Source: Calditrichia bacterium (lineage in GTDB: Bacteria; Calditrichota; Calditrichia; JAJRVZ01). From it: a stretch of 64,000 bases of DNA. Every line of letters begins with the position of its first letter. Position 1 is the first letter of the stretch. Position numbers and translations under genes: made by a program. Below, one piece after another: positions 30,999 through 43,581 of this stretch. The stretch covers positions 1 to 64,000 of the forward strand of contig CAWCNS010000012.1 of assembly GCA_963796965.1 (NCBI GenBank). Direction: 5' to 3'. A model generated the notes under the pieces. That model ran no database searches, was not told where the DNA came from, and saw only the letters and a program-made list of their open reading frames with translations.

Positions 30999-32756
30999 AT
31001 GAAAAATATTAAAAATTCTTTTCTTTTTTCTTTTGTCTTTTTTCTTTTGTCTTCTTCAATAGCACAAGAGTCCAGTCTGATTGATATGTCAGAGTTCTAT
31101 TCCGAGGAGATAAAAGTCTCGGGATTTGTTCTGAGTTCCGACCAGTCTGTAGCAGTTGAAACAAAAATTATTTCGCCCAGACGTAATTATCATGATTACA
31201 AATTTTCCTATGCATGGATATTAAATGCGGATACACGTGAAGTGGTATGGCAACTGTCAGATACGGAACCCGAAGATCGTGATCGGTATACGGCTACTTT
31301 TGAGGCAGAATTTGATCTTCCTGCTGGAACGTACGAAGTATACTATTCAACCTATCCGGGTTATGATTCAGATGATGACGAATATTACTGGCATTCAAGG
31401 GGCTTTTTCTCAGGTTTTTTTAATACCCTGTTTGATGATGACAATGATCAGAAAAAATATAAATTTTTTGAAGATCTGTATGATGAAATGTATCTGCGGG
31501 TGAAAACCAATGGCCTTACCCTCTCTCTGGATCAAATTGAAGAAAAACAAACGGCAATTAAGGAAAAGGCCTTTATAAATTTTACAGAACTTCGGGACGA
31601 AGAGTTTGTCGAACAAGTATTTAAAATTTCCCAGCCAACTGAGGTTGAAATATATGCGTTAGGAGAAGCCCGAAGAGATGGGGAATATGATTTTGGTACT
31701 ATCATCAATCTCGAAACCCGTGAACGTGTATGGCAACTGAACTACCGCGATACCGAAAATGCTGGAGGCGGGAAAAAGAATAGAGTCTCACGCGAGAAAA
31801 TAACCCTTGAACCAGGTGTCTATAAGGCCTTTTATGTGACGGATGACTCACATTCGAGTCGTCGTTGGAATGTTGCCCCGCCGCTTGATCCTGGCTTCTG
31901 GGGAATGACCATTTCTCTTTCTAATCCAAACGATAATTCAGCTCTTGCCCTTATAGATTCAGAAGAGTCAATGTATCAGGCTACAGTTATTGAGTTTACC
32001 AAAGTTAGAGATGAAGAATATCTAACCCAGGGCTTTACTTTAAAGAACCCCCTCAAATTACATATATATGCTTTAGGGGAGGGCAGAGATGGTGATATGT
32101 TTGATTACGGTTGGATCATCGATGTAAAAACCCGCGAAAAAGTTTGGGAGATGAAATACCGTGATACTGAACCAGCTGGTGGAACCAGTAAAAACAGAAT
32201 GTTTGACGGTATTGTGAGAATGGAGCCGGGAAATTACATGGTCTATTATATCACGGATGGTTCCCATTCATATCGTGACTGGAATGAATCACCACCTTAT
32301 GATCAAAAGAATTGGGGCTTATCCATTTTTGTATTGGATGACACGTATCAGGATGGAGATGTTGTACCCTATGAACCTGGTGAAGATGCTTCGATTCTGG
32401 CTCAAATCGTTAGAATTCACGATAATGCCCGGAAAAAATCACATTTTAGCCTTGAAAGTGATGGATATGTACAGATCTACGCCATTGGAGAAGGTTCTGG
32501 TGGAGATATGTATGATTACGCCTGGGTAGAGGATTCCAATACGGGCCGTGTAGTATGGGAAATGACCTATCGCAAAACAGATCGCGCCGGTGGTGCTAAG
32601 AAAAACCGCCTGTTTGATGACCGTGTACATCTTGAAGCCGGAGACTATACGGTCTATTATGAATCTGATGATTCCCATTCATTTAATGACTGGAATGCTC
32701 GCCCTCCAAGAGATCCTTTCAACTGGGGAGTGACTATTTCCAGAGTGGAAGACTAA
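30999..32756 (+). CDS. Secreted hypothetical protein with four homologous domains
   Basis: Signal peptide; repeats of YALGE...DYGWI...VWEM...AGG..KNR...TD.SHS...WN..PP.D...WG. Confidence 0.85.
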   Translation: MKNIKNSFLFSFVFFLLSSSIAQESSLIDMSEFYSEEIKVSGFVLSSDQSVAVETKIISPRRNYHDYKFSYAWILNADTREVVWQLSDTEPEDRDRYTATFEAEFDLPAGTYEVYYSTYPGYDSDDDEYYWHSRGFFSGFFNTLFDDDNDQKKYKFFEDLYDEMYLRVKTNGLTLSLDQIEEKQTAIKEKAFINFTELRDEEFVEQVFKISQPTEVEIYALGEARRDGEYDFGTIINLETRERVWQLNYRDTENAGGGKKNRVSREKITLEPGVYKAFYVTDDSHSSRRWNVAPPLDPGFWGMTISLSNPNDNSALALIDSEESMYQATVIEFTKVRDEEYLTQGFTLKNPLKLHIYALGEGRDGDMFDYGWIIDVKTREKVWEMKYRDTEPAGGTSKNRMFDGIVRMEPGNYMVYYITDGSHSYRDWNESPPYDQKNWGLSIFVLDDTYQDGDVVPYEPGEDASILAQIVRIHDNARKKSHFSLESDGYVQIYAIGEGSGGDMYDYAWVEDSNTGRVVWEMTYRKTDRAGGAKKNRLFDDRVHLEAGDYTVYYESDDSHSFNDWNARPPRDPFNWGVTISRVED

Positions 32757-32775
32757 TTTAAATTTAAAGAGTTAT

Positions 32776-32836
32776 AAAAGCGGTAACTGGAACCAAAAAA
32801 AACACAAAAAAAATGGTGCCGGTTACCGTTTTTTTT
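32776..32836 (+). terminator. Intrinsic terminator
   Basis: GCGGTAACTGG/CCGGTTACCGT stem plus T-tract. Confidence 0.7.
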
Positions 32837-33036
32837 ATTAGCCACTAATAGAATCAATTACGACTTCAACATCCATATATCAGTGTATATTCGCTTACAA
32901 TATTTACTGTATTAAGTTGACTCCCTTCTCGATATTACATAATTTTTTGAAATACAAAGTTCTTGTGTTTCAATTAGCCTGTTTACTTCATAAATTGTAG
33001 ATTCATCAATTACCACCAGTTAGGTTTCACTTTAGT

Positions 33037-33139
33037 AAGGGCTGTTGTTGCAGTTTAGGTTGTTATTAGTCAAAACTGAATTTATTCTGTCAATTAAGCA
33101 AAATCTATTCCCCCTTAGAAAGGGGGCTAGGGGGATGTA
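33037..33139 (+). repeat. Second copy of the ~100-bp dispersed repeat
   Basis: Matches 29312-29412. Confidence 0.85.
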
Positions 33140-33190
33140 AAGAATTGATATATACCAAAATCTAATAATATTTGAATGAGAGAGGTAACC

Positions 33191-33523
33191 ATGGAAACTT
33201 ACTATGACCCAATGGACTTGGATAAATTTTCTGATATTGGAAAAAATGTACCTGAATTGTGGAAAAAATTTAGTGAATGGTACGGCCATATTTTTAAAGC
33301 CGGTGCATTAACAGAAAGAGAAAAATCACTCATCGCTTTAGCGGTGTCACATGCAATTCAATGCCCATACTGTATTGATGCGTATGCCCAGGATTGCCTG
33401 GAAAAGGGAAGTAACCCCGATCAGATGACTGAAGCGGTACACGTTGCCGCTGCCATCCGGGGTGGGGCATCGCTTGTCCATGGCGTTCAGATGAGAAATG
33501 TAATTGACAAACTATCGATGTAG
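33191..33523 (+). CDS. AhpD/CMD-family protein (arsenosugar-biosynthesis-associated peroxidase-like type)
   Basis: EREKSLIALAV, QCPYCID, RGGASLVHG; adjacent to the ArsS-type radical SAM gene. Confidence 0.88.
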   Translation: METYYDPMDLDKFSDIGKNVPELWKKFSEWYGHIFKAGALTEREKSLIALAVSHAIQCPYCIDAYAQDCLEKGSNPDQMTEAVHVAAAIRGGASLVHGVQMRNVIDKLSM

Positions 33524-33534
33524 GGGAGAAAAAA

Positions 33535-34572
33535 TTGGAAGAGAGTCTCATTATTAAGGATGATTTATCCCGAGATGTAAAGGAACAGTTAAAGATCATC
33601 AATAATAAAAGTAAAATTGAACTATTTGACGAAGAGTTAGATAAATCAGGATTATTCCCATTGACAGCGCAAGGAATAGAGGTTCTGCAGGTAAACCTGG
33701 GGAAGATGTGCAATCAAACATGTAAACACTGTCATGTTGATGCCGGTCCCCATCGCAAAGAGATAATGACCAGGGAGATTATGGAATATTGTCTTAAAGC
33801 CCTGGATGAGACTAAAATTCCTGTTGTCGATTTAACAGGCGGAGCGCCGGAAATGAATCCCGATTTTAAATGGTTTGTCTCGGCCATTAAAGAGCGCAAT
33901 CGGCATATTATTGTTCGCTCCAATCTCACTATTCTGGTTGCAAAACCATTTAGTGATTATCCGGGATTTTTTAAAGAAAATAATGTAGAAGTTGTCTCCT
34001 CTTTACCTTACTTCTTAGAAGACAGGACTGATATTCAGAGGGGAACAGGTGTATTTAAAAAATCTATCGAGGCTCTTAAAAAATTAAATGACCTTGGCTA
34101 TGGCCAACCCAATACAGGACTCATATTAAATCTTGTATATAATCCAACAGGTGCCTTTCTGCCACCTTCCCAGGCTTCTATTGAGGAAGAATATAAAGGT
34201 GAACTAAAATCCCGACATGGTGTTGTCTTCAATAATCTATTTACGATAACCAATATGCCAATAAGCCGTTTCCTGGTCTATCTGATCCATTCTGGAAATT
34301 ATGATCGTTATATGAAAAAACTTCATAGCTCTTACAATTCCGGAGCAGCGGCAAATGTTATGTGTCGTACAATATTGTCTGTAAGTTGGGATGGCAATCT
34401 TTATGATTGTGATTTTAACCAGATGCTCGGCCTGACAGTTAATCATGGTGCCCCTTTTCATATCACAGATTTTGATTTTACCCAACTTTCACAAAGGCGA
34501 ATTGTCACAGGACAACATTGCTATGGCTGTACAGCTGGCGCCGGTTCCAGCTGCGGCGGCGCAATCGCTTGA
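33535..34572 (+). CDS. arsS: ArsS-type radical SAM protein with Cys-rich C-terminus (DUF3641)
   Basis: LQVNLGKMCNQTCKHCHV, DLTGGAPE, YDCDFNQ, HCYGCTAGAGSSCGG. Confidence 0.85.
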   Translation: MEESLIIKDDLSRDVKEQLKIINNKSKIELFDEELDKSGLFPLTAQGIEVLQVNLGKMCNQTCKHCHVDAGPHRKEIMTREIMEYCLKALDETKIPVVDLTGGAPEMNPDFKWFVSAIKERNRHIIVRSNLTILVAKPFSDYPGFFKENNVEVVSSLPYFLEDRTDIQRGTGVFKKSIEALKKLNDLGYGQPNTGLILNLVYNPTGAFLPPSQASIEEEYKGELKSRHGVVFNNLFTITNMPISRFLVYLIHSGNYDRYMKKLHSSYNSGAAANVMCRTILSVSWDGNLYDCDFNQMLGLTVNHGAPFHITDFDFTQLSQRRIVTGQHCYGCTAGAGSSCGGAIA

Positions 34573-34751
34573 TTTTGCTGTTCCTCGCTCTACTCTCAAC
34601 GCTCTACGCCCCACGCTCCTCTCTCCACTCTCCACCCTCCACGCTCTCTCGCTCTTCGCCCCACGCTCCCCCCTAAAAATTAAACTACAAGTTGGATAAA
34701 AATTTTTGTAAAATATAGTTTGTCATAAATACAGAATGTTGAGAGGAAAGA

Positions 34752-35672
34752 ATGGAACAAAAAGCAGAACACTTGGAACGCCCGTTAGTTGAAACAATGG
34801 ATGAAATATTGGGCAAACCATTTAAGGTGCTGGATGATGGATTTGTAAGGGTCGTTGATTATCTCGGAAATGATTCATCAATCGTCCAGGCAGCCAGAGT
34901 ATCTTATGGTAAAGGGACTAAACAGGTGAGGCAGGATAGGGGATTAATACGATACCTGCTTCGTCATCGTCATACAACGCCTTTTGAAATGTGTGAAATA
35001 AAATTGCATGTCCGTGTTCCAATGGATTGCTGGCGTCAATGGATTCGCCACCGGACAGCGAGTATTAATGAGTATTCTACAAGATATTCCATCGCCGTTG
35101 ACGCCACTCAGACGACTGAGCCGGATGAATGGCGGATGCAAGCCGTGCGAAATAGACAGGGAAGCGAAGGCGTTCTGGATATTGTAAAGGGTAAAGAACT
35201 CACAAACCAGGAACGCGACCTGCAGGATCTTACCCGTAAGATATATAACGAGAGACTGGATATTGGAGTTGCCCGCGAACAAGCCAGAAAGGATTTACTA
35301 CTTTCTACATATACTGAAGCCTACTGGAAGATTGATCTCCATAATCTTTTACATTTCCTGCAATTACGAATGGAGGAAAATGCCCAGTATGAGATTCGCT
35401 GTTATGCCAATACAATTGGTGAAGAAATCGTAAAACGCTGGTGTCCTGTAACCTGGGAAGCCTTTATGGATTACCGGGTAAATTCATTAGAATTTTCCCG
35501 GCTCGAGCAAAAAGTCGTTTCTGCCTTAGCCAGTGGAAGTCCGAAAGATGCGGTTGCGGTTGCTACTGATCTGGATTGGCTCAAATATGAAGAAGGCAAA
35601 TTAAAAGACAATATCGAACGTGCCGAGTTTGAAGATAAATTAAAATTATTAGGTTTAAAAATTCCGTGGTAG
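34752..35672 (+). CDS. thyX: FAD-dependent thymidylate synthase
   Basis: AARVSY, HTTPFE, RHRTASINEYSTRY. Confidence 0.95.
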   Translation: MEQKAEHLERPLVETMDEILGKPFKVLDDGFVRVVDYLGNDSSIVQAARVSYGKGTKQVRQDRGLIRYLLRHRHTTPFEMCEIKLHVRVPMDCWRQWIRHRTASINEYSTRYSIAVDATQTTEPDEWRMQAVRNRQGSEGVLDIVKGKELTNQERDLQDLTRKIYNERLDIGVAREQARKDLLLSTYTEAYWKIDLHNLLHFLQLRMEENAQYEIRCYANTIGEEIVKRWCPVTWEAFMDYRVNSLEFSRLEQKVVSALASGSPKDAVAVATDLDWLKYEEGKLKDNIERAEFEDKLKLLGLKIPW

Positions 35673-35938
35673 TAATTCCAAATAGGTGTACTGTATAAAT
35701 CTCAATGGGCCACGGATAACGACTCGTCAGAACGAAGCCAGGCAGGATTTAGCGAGATTTACACAGATCATAAATTTAGTGCTTTCTTAAAATGATTTTT
35801 GCTATAAATTAAAATACTATTATTCTGAATCCCCTTCTCATCTTTAAGAGAAGGGGACTCCATAATAATTAGATCACTGTCATTTTATGAAATCCTTATC
35901 ATCCTTGGTCAATTCGATATTATTTAAATGGAGATATT

Positions 35939-36987
35939 ATGTCAATCAATGCAACAACACTCAAACAAACTTATGATCAGATGGCCCGGAAACTGGATCA
36001 TCTGGTCCCTGAGATAGAGATTAAATATAAAGCAGAACTGGCCTTTGAAATCAATCGTCTCAAAAAGGAGCGAGGGGCCATTATTCTCGGACATAATTAT
36101 ATGGAACCCGCTTTATATATTTCTGTGCCTGACATTGTTGGTGATTCACTGGAGTTGGCCCGCGCTGCAGCTGACACGGCTGCAGAGATAATTGTATTTT
36201 GTGGTGTGAGATTTATGGCCGAAACGGCTAAGATACTCAGTCCTGAAAAATTAGTTCTTTTACCGGCAAAAAAGGCTGGTTGTTCTCTTGCTGAAAGTAT
36301 TACTGCAGAAGATGTACGTAATCTGAAGAAGCAATTTCCCGGTGTTCCTGTTATTACCTATGTAAATACCTATGCCGATGTTAAAGCCGAGACAGATATC
36401 TGCTGTACATCGGGCAATGCGGTCCGTGTTGTCGATTCGGTTGATAGCGATGTGGTAATTTTCTTACCCGATGAATACTTGGCCCTGAATGTTGCCCGTG
36501 AGACCAATAAGAAAATTATATTTCCTTCAAAAGAGCAAAGTCTTCTTCATTGGACAATCTGAATTATGAATTAATCGGTTGGCATGGAAAATGTGAAGTA
36601 CATGAACAATTTAAAGTTGAAGATATTGAAAATGCGAGAAAACAATTTCCGGATGTGCTCGTTCTCAGTCATCCGGAATGCAGTCCCGAGATTGTTGCTG
36701 CTTCAGATTATTCGGGAAGTACATCGAAGATGATTGATTATGTCAAGAATTCGGAGCTCCGAGATATTTGTTGTTAACAGAATGTAGTATGGGTGATAAT
36801 ATTATTGCAGAAAATCCGCGATAAAGAAATGGTCCGGATCTGCAATATTCGTTGTCCACATATGAATGAGATTACCCTGGAAGATACCTTAGAAGCGCTG
36901 AGAAAGGATCAATATCCTGTAGAAGTCCCGGAGGAAATTCGCATAAAAGCTAAATCATCCATCGACAGAATGCTGGAAATTGGTTGA
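35939..36987 (+). CDS. nadA: Quinolinate synthase; two frameshifts in this sequence
   Basis: [35 protein letters not shown] across three ORF fragments. Confidence 0.9.
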
Positions 36988-37325
36988 AATGTAATTGATT
37001 ACAAATATTGAAAATAATAAATGCTGGTTTAAAAGAAAAATCTAAAACTTTTTGATGAAACCCCTTCTCATCTGTAAAAGGGTCCAGTCCCTCTATTTCA
37101 AGAGAGGGATTTAGGGTGAGTTCTTTAAATAAGACCGATCAAAATAATTAATATTGAAAATATAAAATAAGCAAAATCTATTCCCCCTTTGAAGGGGGTT
37201 AGGGGGATGTAAACTTTCTGTAATTATATAAAAACAATATCCTATTCCCGTTGCGTCGCAGCGGCGCTGTGTGAAAATATTTAAACATTCAATTTTACTT
37301 TTATCAAATCAGGATCATATCAAAA

Positions 37326-38568
37326 ATGAATATATATGCTATCATTATCTTAATCACAATGCTAACCGGTTACCTGCTCGACCTCATTACCAATTGGTTG
37401 AACATTAAACATCTCAAACTGGAACTGCCAGGCGAATTTGAAGAAACCTATGATCAAAAGGCCTATAAAAATTCACAGTCCTATACACGTGTTTATACCA
37501 AGTTTGGATACCTGACGTCCACTTTTAGTCTGGTTTTAACCCTTGTCTTTTGGTTTTCGGGCGGTTTCAATTATCTTGATCTGATTGTACGAAACTGGGA
37601 ATTAGGCGCCATTGGTACAGGTCTTGCCTACATGGCTATATTAGTTATCCTGAAGTCTGTTTTTTCTTTACCCTTCAGTATATACACCACATTTGTTATT
37701 GAGGAAAAATTTGGATTTAACAAAACAACACCCAAAACATTTATTTTGGATATTTTAAAGGGATTATTTCTAGGCGTCTTGCTCGGCGGTCCTCTTCTTG
37801 CTGGATTGCTCTATTTCTTTCAATCATTGGGTTCATATGCCTGGGTATACGCCTGGATTGCAACGACATTATTCTCATTGATTGTCCAGTTTATTGCACC
37901 GACCTGGATTATGCCATTGTTTAATAAATTTATTCCCTTAGAAGCAGGAGAGTCTAAAAAACGCCATACTAGAATATGCAAAAAGATCAAAATTTCCCTT
38001 AAAAGGTGTCTTTGTGATGGATGGTTCAAAACGATCCAGCAAATCGAATGCTTTTTTTACCGGTTTTGGCAAAAATAAACGCATTGTCCTTTTCGACACA
38101 TTAATCAAAAATCATTCTATCGGTGAGTTAGTATCCGTTCTTGCTCATGAAGTAGGGCATTACAAAAAGAGACATATCATTAAAAGCATGGTCATTAGTA
38201 TTCTCCATATGGGATTGGTATTTTATCTTTTATCGATTTTTCTTACGCATCCGGGTCTGTTTTATGCTTTTCAAATGGAGAATATGTCCGTTTATGCCGG
38301 TTTAATATTTTTTAGTATGCTCTATAGCCCAATTGAAATGATTCTTTCGGTTATCATGCAAATCTTTTCCCGAAAAAATGAATATGAAGCGGATGCGTTT
38401 GCCGTGAAAACAACGGATGATCGGGAAAATATGATCACAGCGCTTAAAAAACTCTCTCTTGACAATCTATCCAATTTGACGCCTCATCCTCTTTACGTTT
38501 TTCTGAACTACTCTCATCCACCTGTGCTAAAACGGATTGAAGCCATACGGAAGTTCAGTAAAGCGTAA
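37326..38568 (+). CDS. M48 (Ste24/HtpX-type) metallopeptidase; one frameshift
   Basis: IEEKFGFNK, DGSKRS..NAFFTG, HEVGH, EYEAD, SHPP. Confidence 0.9.
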
Positions 38569-38991
38569 AGTGTAGAGGGTGGAGCGTAGAGAGTTGCTCG
38601 CGAAGCGATAATGAAGAGTGATGGGAGAAGAGAGAAGAGGCATGAGCTCTTTCTCTACGCTCTCCGCTTTGCGCTCCTCTCTCCTCTCACATCTCTCAAC
38701 TCTCTACTCATTCTCCACCCTCTACGAATAATCCTCATCACTCCACGTGGAAAAATTCCCATCTTAGCAAAAAATTATATAGAGTTTTTGCAATTATAGG
38801 AATCATAAATATTCCTTGAAGGAGGTACCTCTATGATTAAACTCATGTAAAGTATTGTTATTTAATGAAATATATGGTTTGTAAATAAAAGGGAAATGAT
38901 TGGCATGATTATTGACAATTATTGCCTAAGGAATTTTCATACCAAGGAAGGTATTTGATTTATCTGTGGAAAGCGATCGTGTCGCTTTCGG

Positions 38992-39020
38992 AAAAGCCGG
39001 ATTTTTAATCCGGCTTTTTT
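38992..39020 (+). terminator. Intrinsic terminator
   Basis: AAAAGCCGGAT-TTTTA-ATCCGGCTTTTTT. Confidence 0.85.
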
Positions 39021-39198
39021 TGTTATTTCAATTCTAAATCTCTTTTTTCTATATTTATAACCGTTTCAGATAATTTCCCATAAGAAATGTTTCTATTATT
39101 GCTGATTGAAAAATTATTTATCTCGCTGAGCCGCCGCGACGCTGCGAGAAGCAAATTTGGATTTAGATATGAATAGTAAATGTCAAGGAGATCAGTCT

Positions 39199-40248
39199 AT
39201 GCCCAAGATGAAATCCCTGGTAAAAAAGTATGACAAAGAAGGTCTCTGGCTTGATGAAGTACCTATCCCCGAATATGGTATTAATGACGTCCTCATAAAG
39301 ATAAAAAAAACGTCAATCTGTGGCACAGATGTCCATATTTACAACTGGGATAATTGGGCGCAAAAGACGATTGAGACACCAATGGTAATTGGGCATGAAT
39401 ATGTCGGTACCATTGAAGCCGTTGGCAGCAATGTCCACGACTTTTATAAAGGTGAGTTAGTTAGTGGGGAGGGACATCTCACTTGTGGTCATTGTCGCAA
39501 TTGTCTGGCCGGCAGACGACATCTTTGTCGTAATACCACGGGTGTCGGAGTGAATCGTGATGGCGCTTTTGCGGAATATCTTGTAATCCCGGCCAGTAAT
39601 GTATGGGTCTGCGATCCTAAGATAGAAGAAGATGTACTCTCAATTTTTGATCCCTTTGGCAATGCCGTTCATACTGCTTTATCATTTGAAATTCTCGGTG
39701 AAGATGTCCTCATAACCGGAGCCGGCCCCATTGGCATTATGGCCACTGCTGTTGCCAGGCATGCTGGTGCAAGAAATATAGTCGTAACCGATATCAATCC
39801 CTATCGCCTTTCTCTGGCGGATAAACTCGGGGCAACCCGTGTGGTTGATGTTAATAAGGAAAAACTCGACGAGGTTATGCAGGAATTAAATATGAAAGAA
39901 GGATTTGATATTGGCCTGGAAATGTCTGGTAATGAACAAGCTTTTAATGATATGATTTCACATATGTTTCATGGAGGTAAGATTGCTCTACTTGGTATTC
40001 CGGGTGCGGATATGGTGATTGACTGGAATCATGTCATATTTGATAGTCTAACCATTAAAGGTATTTATGGCCGAAAAATGTTTGAAACCTGGTATAAGAT
40101 GACAGCAATGCTTCAAACGGGTCTTGATATCTCTGATGTCATTACCCATAGATTTGATTTTTCCGATTTTCTGGAAGGCTTTGAATTGATGCGCTCCGGT
40201 AACTCCGGAAAGGTGATTTTGGATTGGTCAGACTATTTAGCCAATTAA
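39199..40248 (+). CDS. tdh: L-threonine 3-dehydrogenase
   Basis: ICGTDVH, GHE, CGHCRNC...HLC, GAGPIG; next to kbl. Confidence 0.95.
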   Translation: MPKMKSLVKKYDKEGLWLDEVPIPEYGINDVLIKIKKTSICGTDVHIYNWDNWAQKTIETPMVIGHEYVGTIEAVGSNVHDFYKGELVSGEGHLTCGHCRNCLAGRRHLCRNTTGVGVNRDGAFAEYLVIPASNVWVCDPKIEEDVLSIFDPFGNAVHTALSFEILGEDVLITGAGPIGIMATAVARHAGARNIVVTDINPYRLSLADKLGATRVVDVNKEKLDEVMQELNMKEGFDIGLEMSGNEQAFNDMISHMFHGGKIALLGIPGADMVIDWNHVIFDSLTIKGIYGRKMFETWYKMTAMLQTGLDISDVITHRFDFSDFLEGFELMRSGNSGKVILDWSDYLAN

Positions 40249-40319
40249 TTAAAAAAGACTACCACAAAGGTCACAAAGAAGGCACTAAGATCACGAAGAT
40301 TTAATAAGTAATAGCTTTT

Positions 40320-40465
40320 TGCGAACTTTGTGGTTATCTTTTTATTTCACGCAGAGCCGCAGCGACGCAGAGAAAAGAATTATGTTTTTAGATCTTAATC
40401 AAACGAGAAAAATATTATAGATATTATCTTTTCTTGGTGAACTTTGTGGTTATCTTTTTCTCTCT
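40320..40465 (+). repeat. Degenerate copy of the ~173-bp repeat family in the opposite orientation
   Basis: CACGCAGAGCCGCAGCGACGCAGAG...TAGATCTTAATCAAACGAGA...GAACTTTGTGGTTATCTTTT. Confidence 0.8.
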
Positions 40466-40640
40466 CCGAACCGCAATAACACAGAGACTACAAAGAGGAG
40501 ATAATGAGAAATAACTTTAGCATAAATAATATCAATAAGATACTCTATGTGCTCTTTCTGTCCCGTAAAGTCTGACGGAGTCGATTTTGTACGGGGTGGT
40601 TATTTTTTTTACACTACCACTTTTTATGAGAGGATAGGCA

Positions 40641-41825
40641 ATGTATAATAAGATGAAGTCATTCCTTAATGACGAGTTGGCTGCAATCCGTGACGCAGGG
40701 CTTTATAAAGATGAACGTCTTATTCTTAGTCCGCAGGATGCAAAAATAGAAGTTAGTAATGGTAAAGAGGTATTGAATTTTTGTGCTAATAATTATTTGG
40801 GTTTATCATCTCACCCTGAAATTATAAAAGCAGCAAAAGAAAGTTATGATAAATGGGGATATGGATTATCCTCGGTCCGATTTATCTGCGGAACACAGGA
40901 GATCCATAAGGAGCTGGAACTGAAGATATCGGAGTTTCTCGGAATGGAGGACACAATTCTGTATACGTCCTGTTTCGACGCCAATGGAGGTCTGTTCGAG
41001 ACACTTCTCTCCGCAGAAGATGCGATTATCAGCGATGAATTAAATCATGCCAGCATAATCGATGGTGTTCGTCTTTCCAAAGCGCAGCGTTATCGATATA
41101 AAAACAGTGATATGAATGATCTGGAAGCAAAACTTAAAGAGACTTCCGGTGCACGTTTTAGATTGATTGCCACCGATGGCGTTTTTTCTATGGATGGCTA
41201 TATTGCAAAATTAAAAGAAATTTGTGATCTGGCTGATAAATATGATGCCCTGGTCATGGTTGACGACAGCCATGCTGTTGGGTTTATGGGTGAAACAGGG
41301 CGGGGAACCCATGAGTATAATAATGTCATGGATCGGGTTGATATTATTACCGGTACGCTTGGAAAAGCACTCGGAGGCGCCAGTGGTGGTTATACCAGTG
41401 CAAGAAAAGAGATTGTTCAGTTATTACGGCAAAGATCGCGTCCTTATCTTTTTTCAAATACAGTTGCACCGGGAATAGTAGTTGCCTCTCTCAAAGTACT
41501 GGATATTCTTACAACATCAGAACATCTGCGTAAAAAATTGCATGAAAATACAGCCTATTTTAGACAAGAGATGACAGCACGAAAATTTAATATTCTACCA
41601 GGAACCCATCCCATCGTGCCGATCATGCTTGGTGATGCACGAATCGCACAAAATATGGCAGAAAATATGCTCGAAAAGGGTGTTTATGTAATTGGTTTTT
41701 CATTTCCCGTCGTACCAAAAGGGCAAGCACGTATTCGCACACAGATATCCGCGGCTCATAGTAGAGAAGACCTTCAGTTTGCTATAGAAAAATTTACCGA
41801 AGTTAAAAACGAAATGGGGTTGTGA
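40641..41825 (+). CDS. kbl: Glycine C-acetyltransferase (2-amino-3-ketobutyrate CoA ligase)
   Basis: [34 protein letters not shown]. Confidence 0.95.
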   Translation: MYNKMKSFLNDELAAIRDAGLYKDERLILSPQDAKIEVSNGKEVLNFCANNYLGLSSHPEIIKAAKESYDKWGYGLSSVRFICGTQEIHKELELKISEFLGMEDTILYTSCFDANGGLFETLLSAEDAIISDELNHASIIDGVRLSKAQRYRYKNSDMNDLEAKLKETSGARFRLIATDGVFSMDGYIAKLKEICDLADKYDALVMVDDSHAVGFMGETGRGTHEYNNVMDRVDIITGTLGKALGGASGGYTSARKEIVQLLRQRSRPYLFSNTVAPGIVVASLKVLDILTTSEHLRKKLHENTAYFRQEMTARKFNILPGTHPIVPIMLGDARIAQNMAENMLEKGVYVIGFSFPVVPKGQARIRTQISAAHSREDLQFAIEKFTEVKNEMGL

Positions 41826-42005
41826 AACAATTGTATATTATAAATGGATTAAGAATTTACCCTACTTTGTTGATTGTATGTATGTTTGTAGAGACGTTCC
41901 GTTGGGACGTCTCAAATTAAATTTATTAATTGTAAAAAATTAAGATTACAGATTACAAATTGCAAATTACAAATTAACAATCACTCTATTAAAAACTCAT
42001 AAATA

Positions 42006-43581
42006 TTGGATTCCGAAAAGTTAAATAAAATTTTCTCAGACAAGCGTTTATTGTTTTGTTTGCTTGTTTTCACTACAGCCATTTCACGGCTTCTGATCAT
42101 AAATGGCAATTATTCTATATTTTCATGGGATGCTGGAAATTTTGCATTGGCGGTTGATTCATTTTCCCTTCAGGAGGGCAGCCCACATCTACCTGGCTAT
42201 TTCCTTCATGTGCAGTTCATTGACCTGCTAACATCAATTACTGGAAATAAATTTGTATCAATGAATTTATTCTCTGTCTTTTATTCTGCGGTGGCTGCAG
42301 GATTTATCTTTCTAATTTCTACCCGATGGCTGACAATTTTTGAATCTGTTCTGATCACACTTCTTGTAATAACAAATCCTCTCGTATGGTATTTTAGTTC
42401 TGTAGCGGAAATCTATTCATTTGATCTGTTTGCTACTGCATTATTTGTATGGATGGGATTATCCCCCTATGCACTGGTTGTGACTCCCTCCCTAATGGCG
42501 TTAATTGCAGGTGTAAGGCCAAGCACGGGTATACTTTTATTTCCCTTATATATTTATTTTTGGCAAATGCATTTTAGAAATAAATCAATTTCGTTAAAGA
42601 CAATCTTGTTTTATCATGCTGGCGCCGTAATTATTCTACTTTCCTGGTTAGCGCCCTTAATAATAATGTCTGGAGGGATTGATGCCTATATCCAATTATA
42701 TAAAACAAATAATCCGGTGGAAAATATCACGATCCTGCAAAAGCTTGTATCGTTTTTCCTCATATATAATCACCATCATCCCAATTGTTCTGATCTTTTT
42801 TATCGCGGCTTTTATTAAAAGAAACAGAGCGCAAAAGTTAGTAGATACTTTAAAGAATGAAATTTTAAACCGTGATTTTTACTTTTTACACTGGTGGTTA
42901 TGGCCACCATTAATCTTTTTTGTATTTGTACATTATTCGAAGGGATATATATTAATTAACATAATTCCTATTCTTATCTTAAGTTTTCTTTTATTAAAAA
43001 ATCAAAATTTAAGGAAGATAATTACAGCAGCCATCGTATTTAGTCAGATTTTGTACTTTTGCTTTTTCCCATACAATAATCCTGATCCCGAAATATATTT
43101 TTCACCTGTTCAAAGACAACTGGACGTGTTCGAAATCTGGTATGAACGGACAACCTCAGAATATCTGATGGGCAGATCCCATATCGTTGCCCTTCAAAAC
43201 TGTCATGATTTTATTTCGGAAGCGGCCGAAAGTGGGGTATTGCATGCAGGTGATAAAAAATATTTATTTGTTGACCCTACGGTAATTGTAAGTCCAAGGG
43301 CGATACAGGCACATTTCCCACAGATGGAGATTACAAAATACCTTTCATCTTCCGCTGACCAGTTTGGTTATCATAATCGACGAATTCAGGAGGCAAGATT
43401 TGGCCTGATCCCGATGTTAAGTGAGGCTATGATTATAAGCCGGCTGGATTTTATTGAGGAATATCTTAACGATATTGATATTGAAATTTTTCGGAAAGAC
43501 AAACACTGGTGTATCTTTTTTATATCAGAGAAAGAATCTCCGAAACTCTCAGCAAGATATAACCAACTCTTTGCACGTTGA
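42006..43581 (+). CDS. Multi-pass membrane protein, probable GT-C glycosyltransferase; one frameshift
   Basis: SWDAGNF...PHLPGY, AEIY, GVRP; hydrophobic helices. Confidence 0.65.

Noticed and set aside
33535..34572. Selenocysteine in the ArsS-type protein
   Set aside because: No in-frame TGA before the conserved C-terminal motif; Cys is used throughout.
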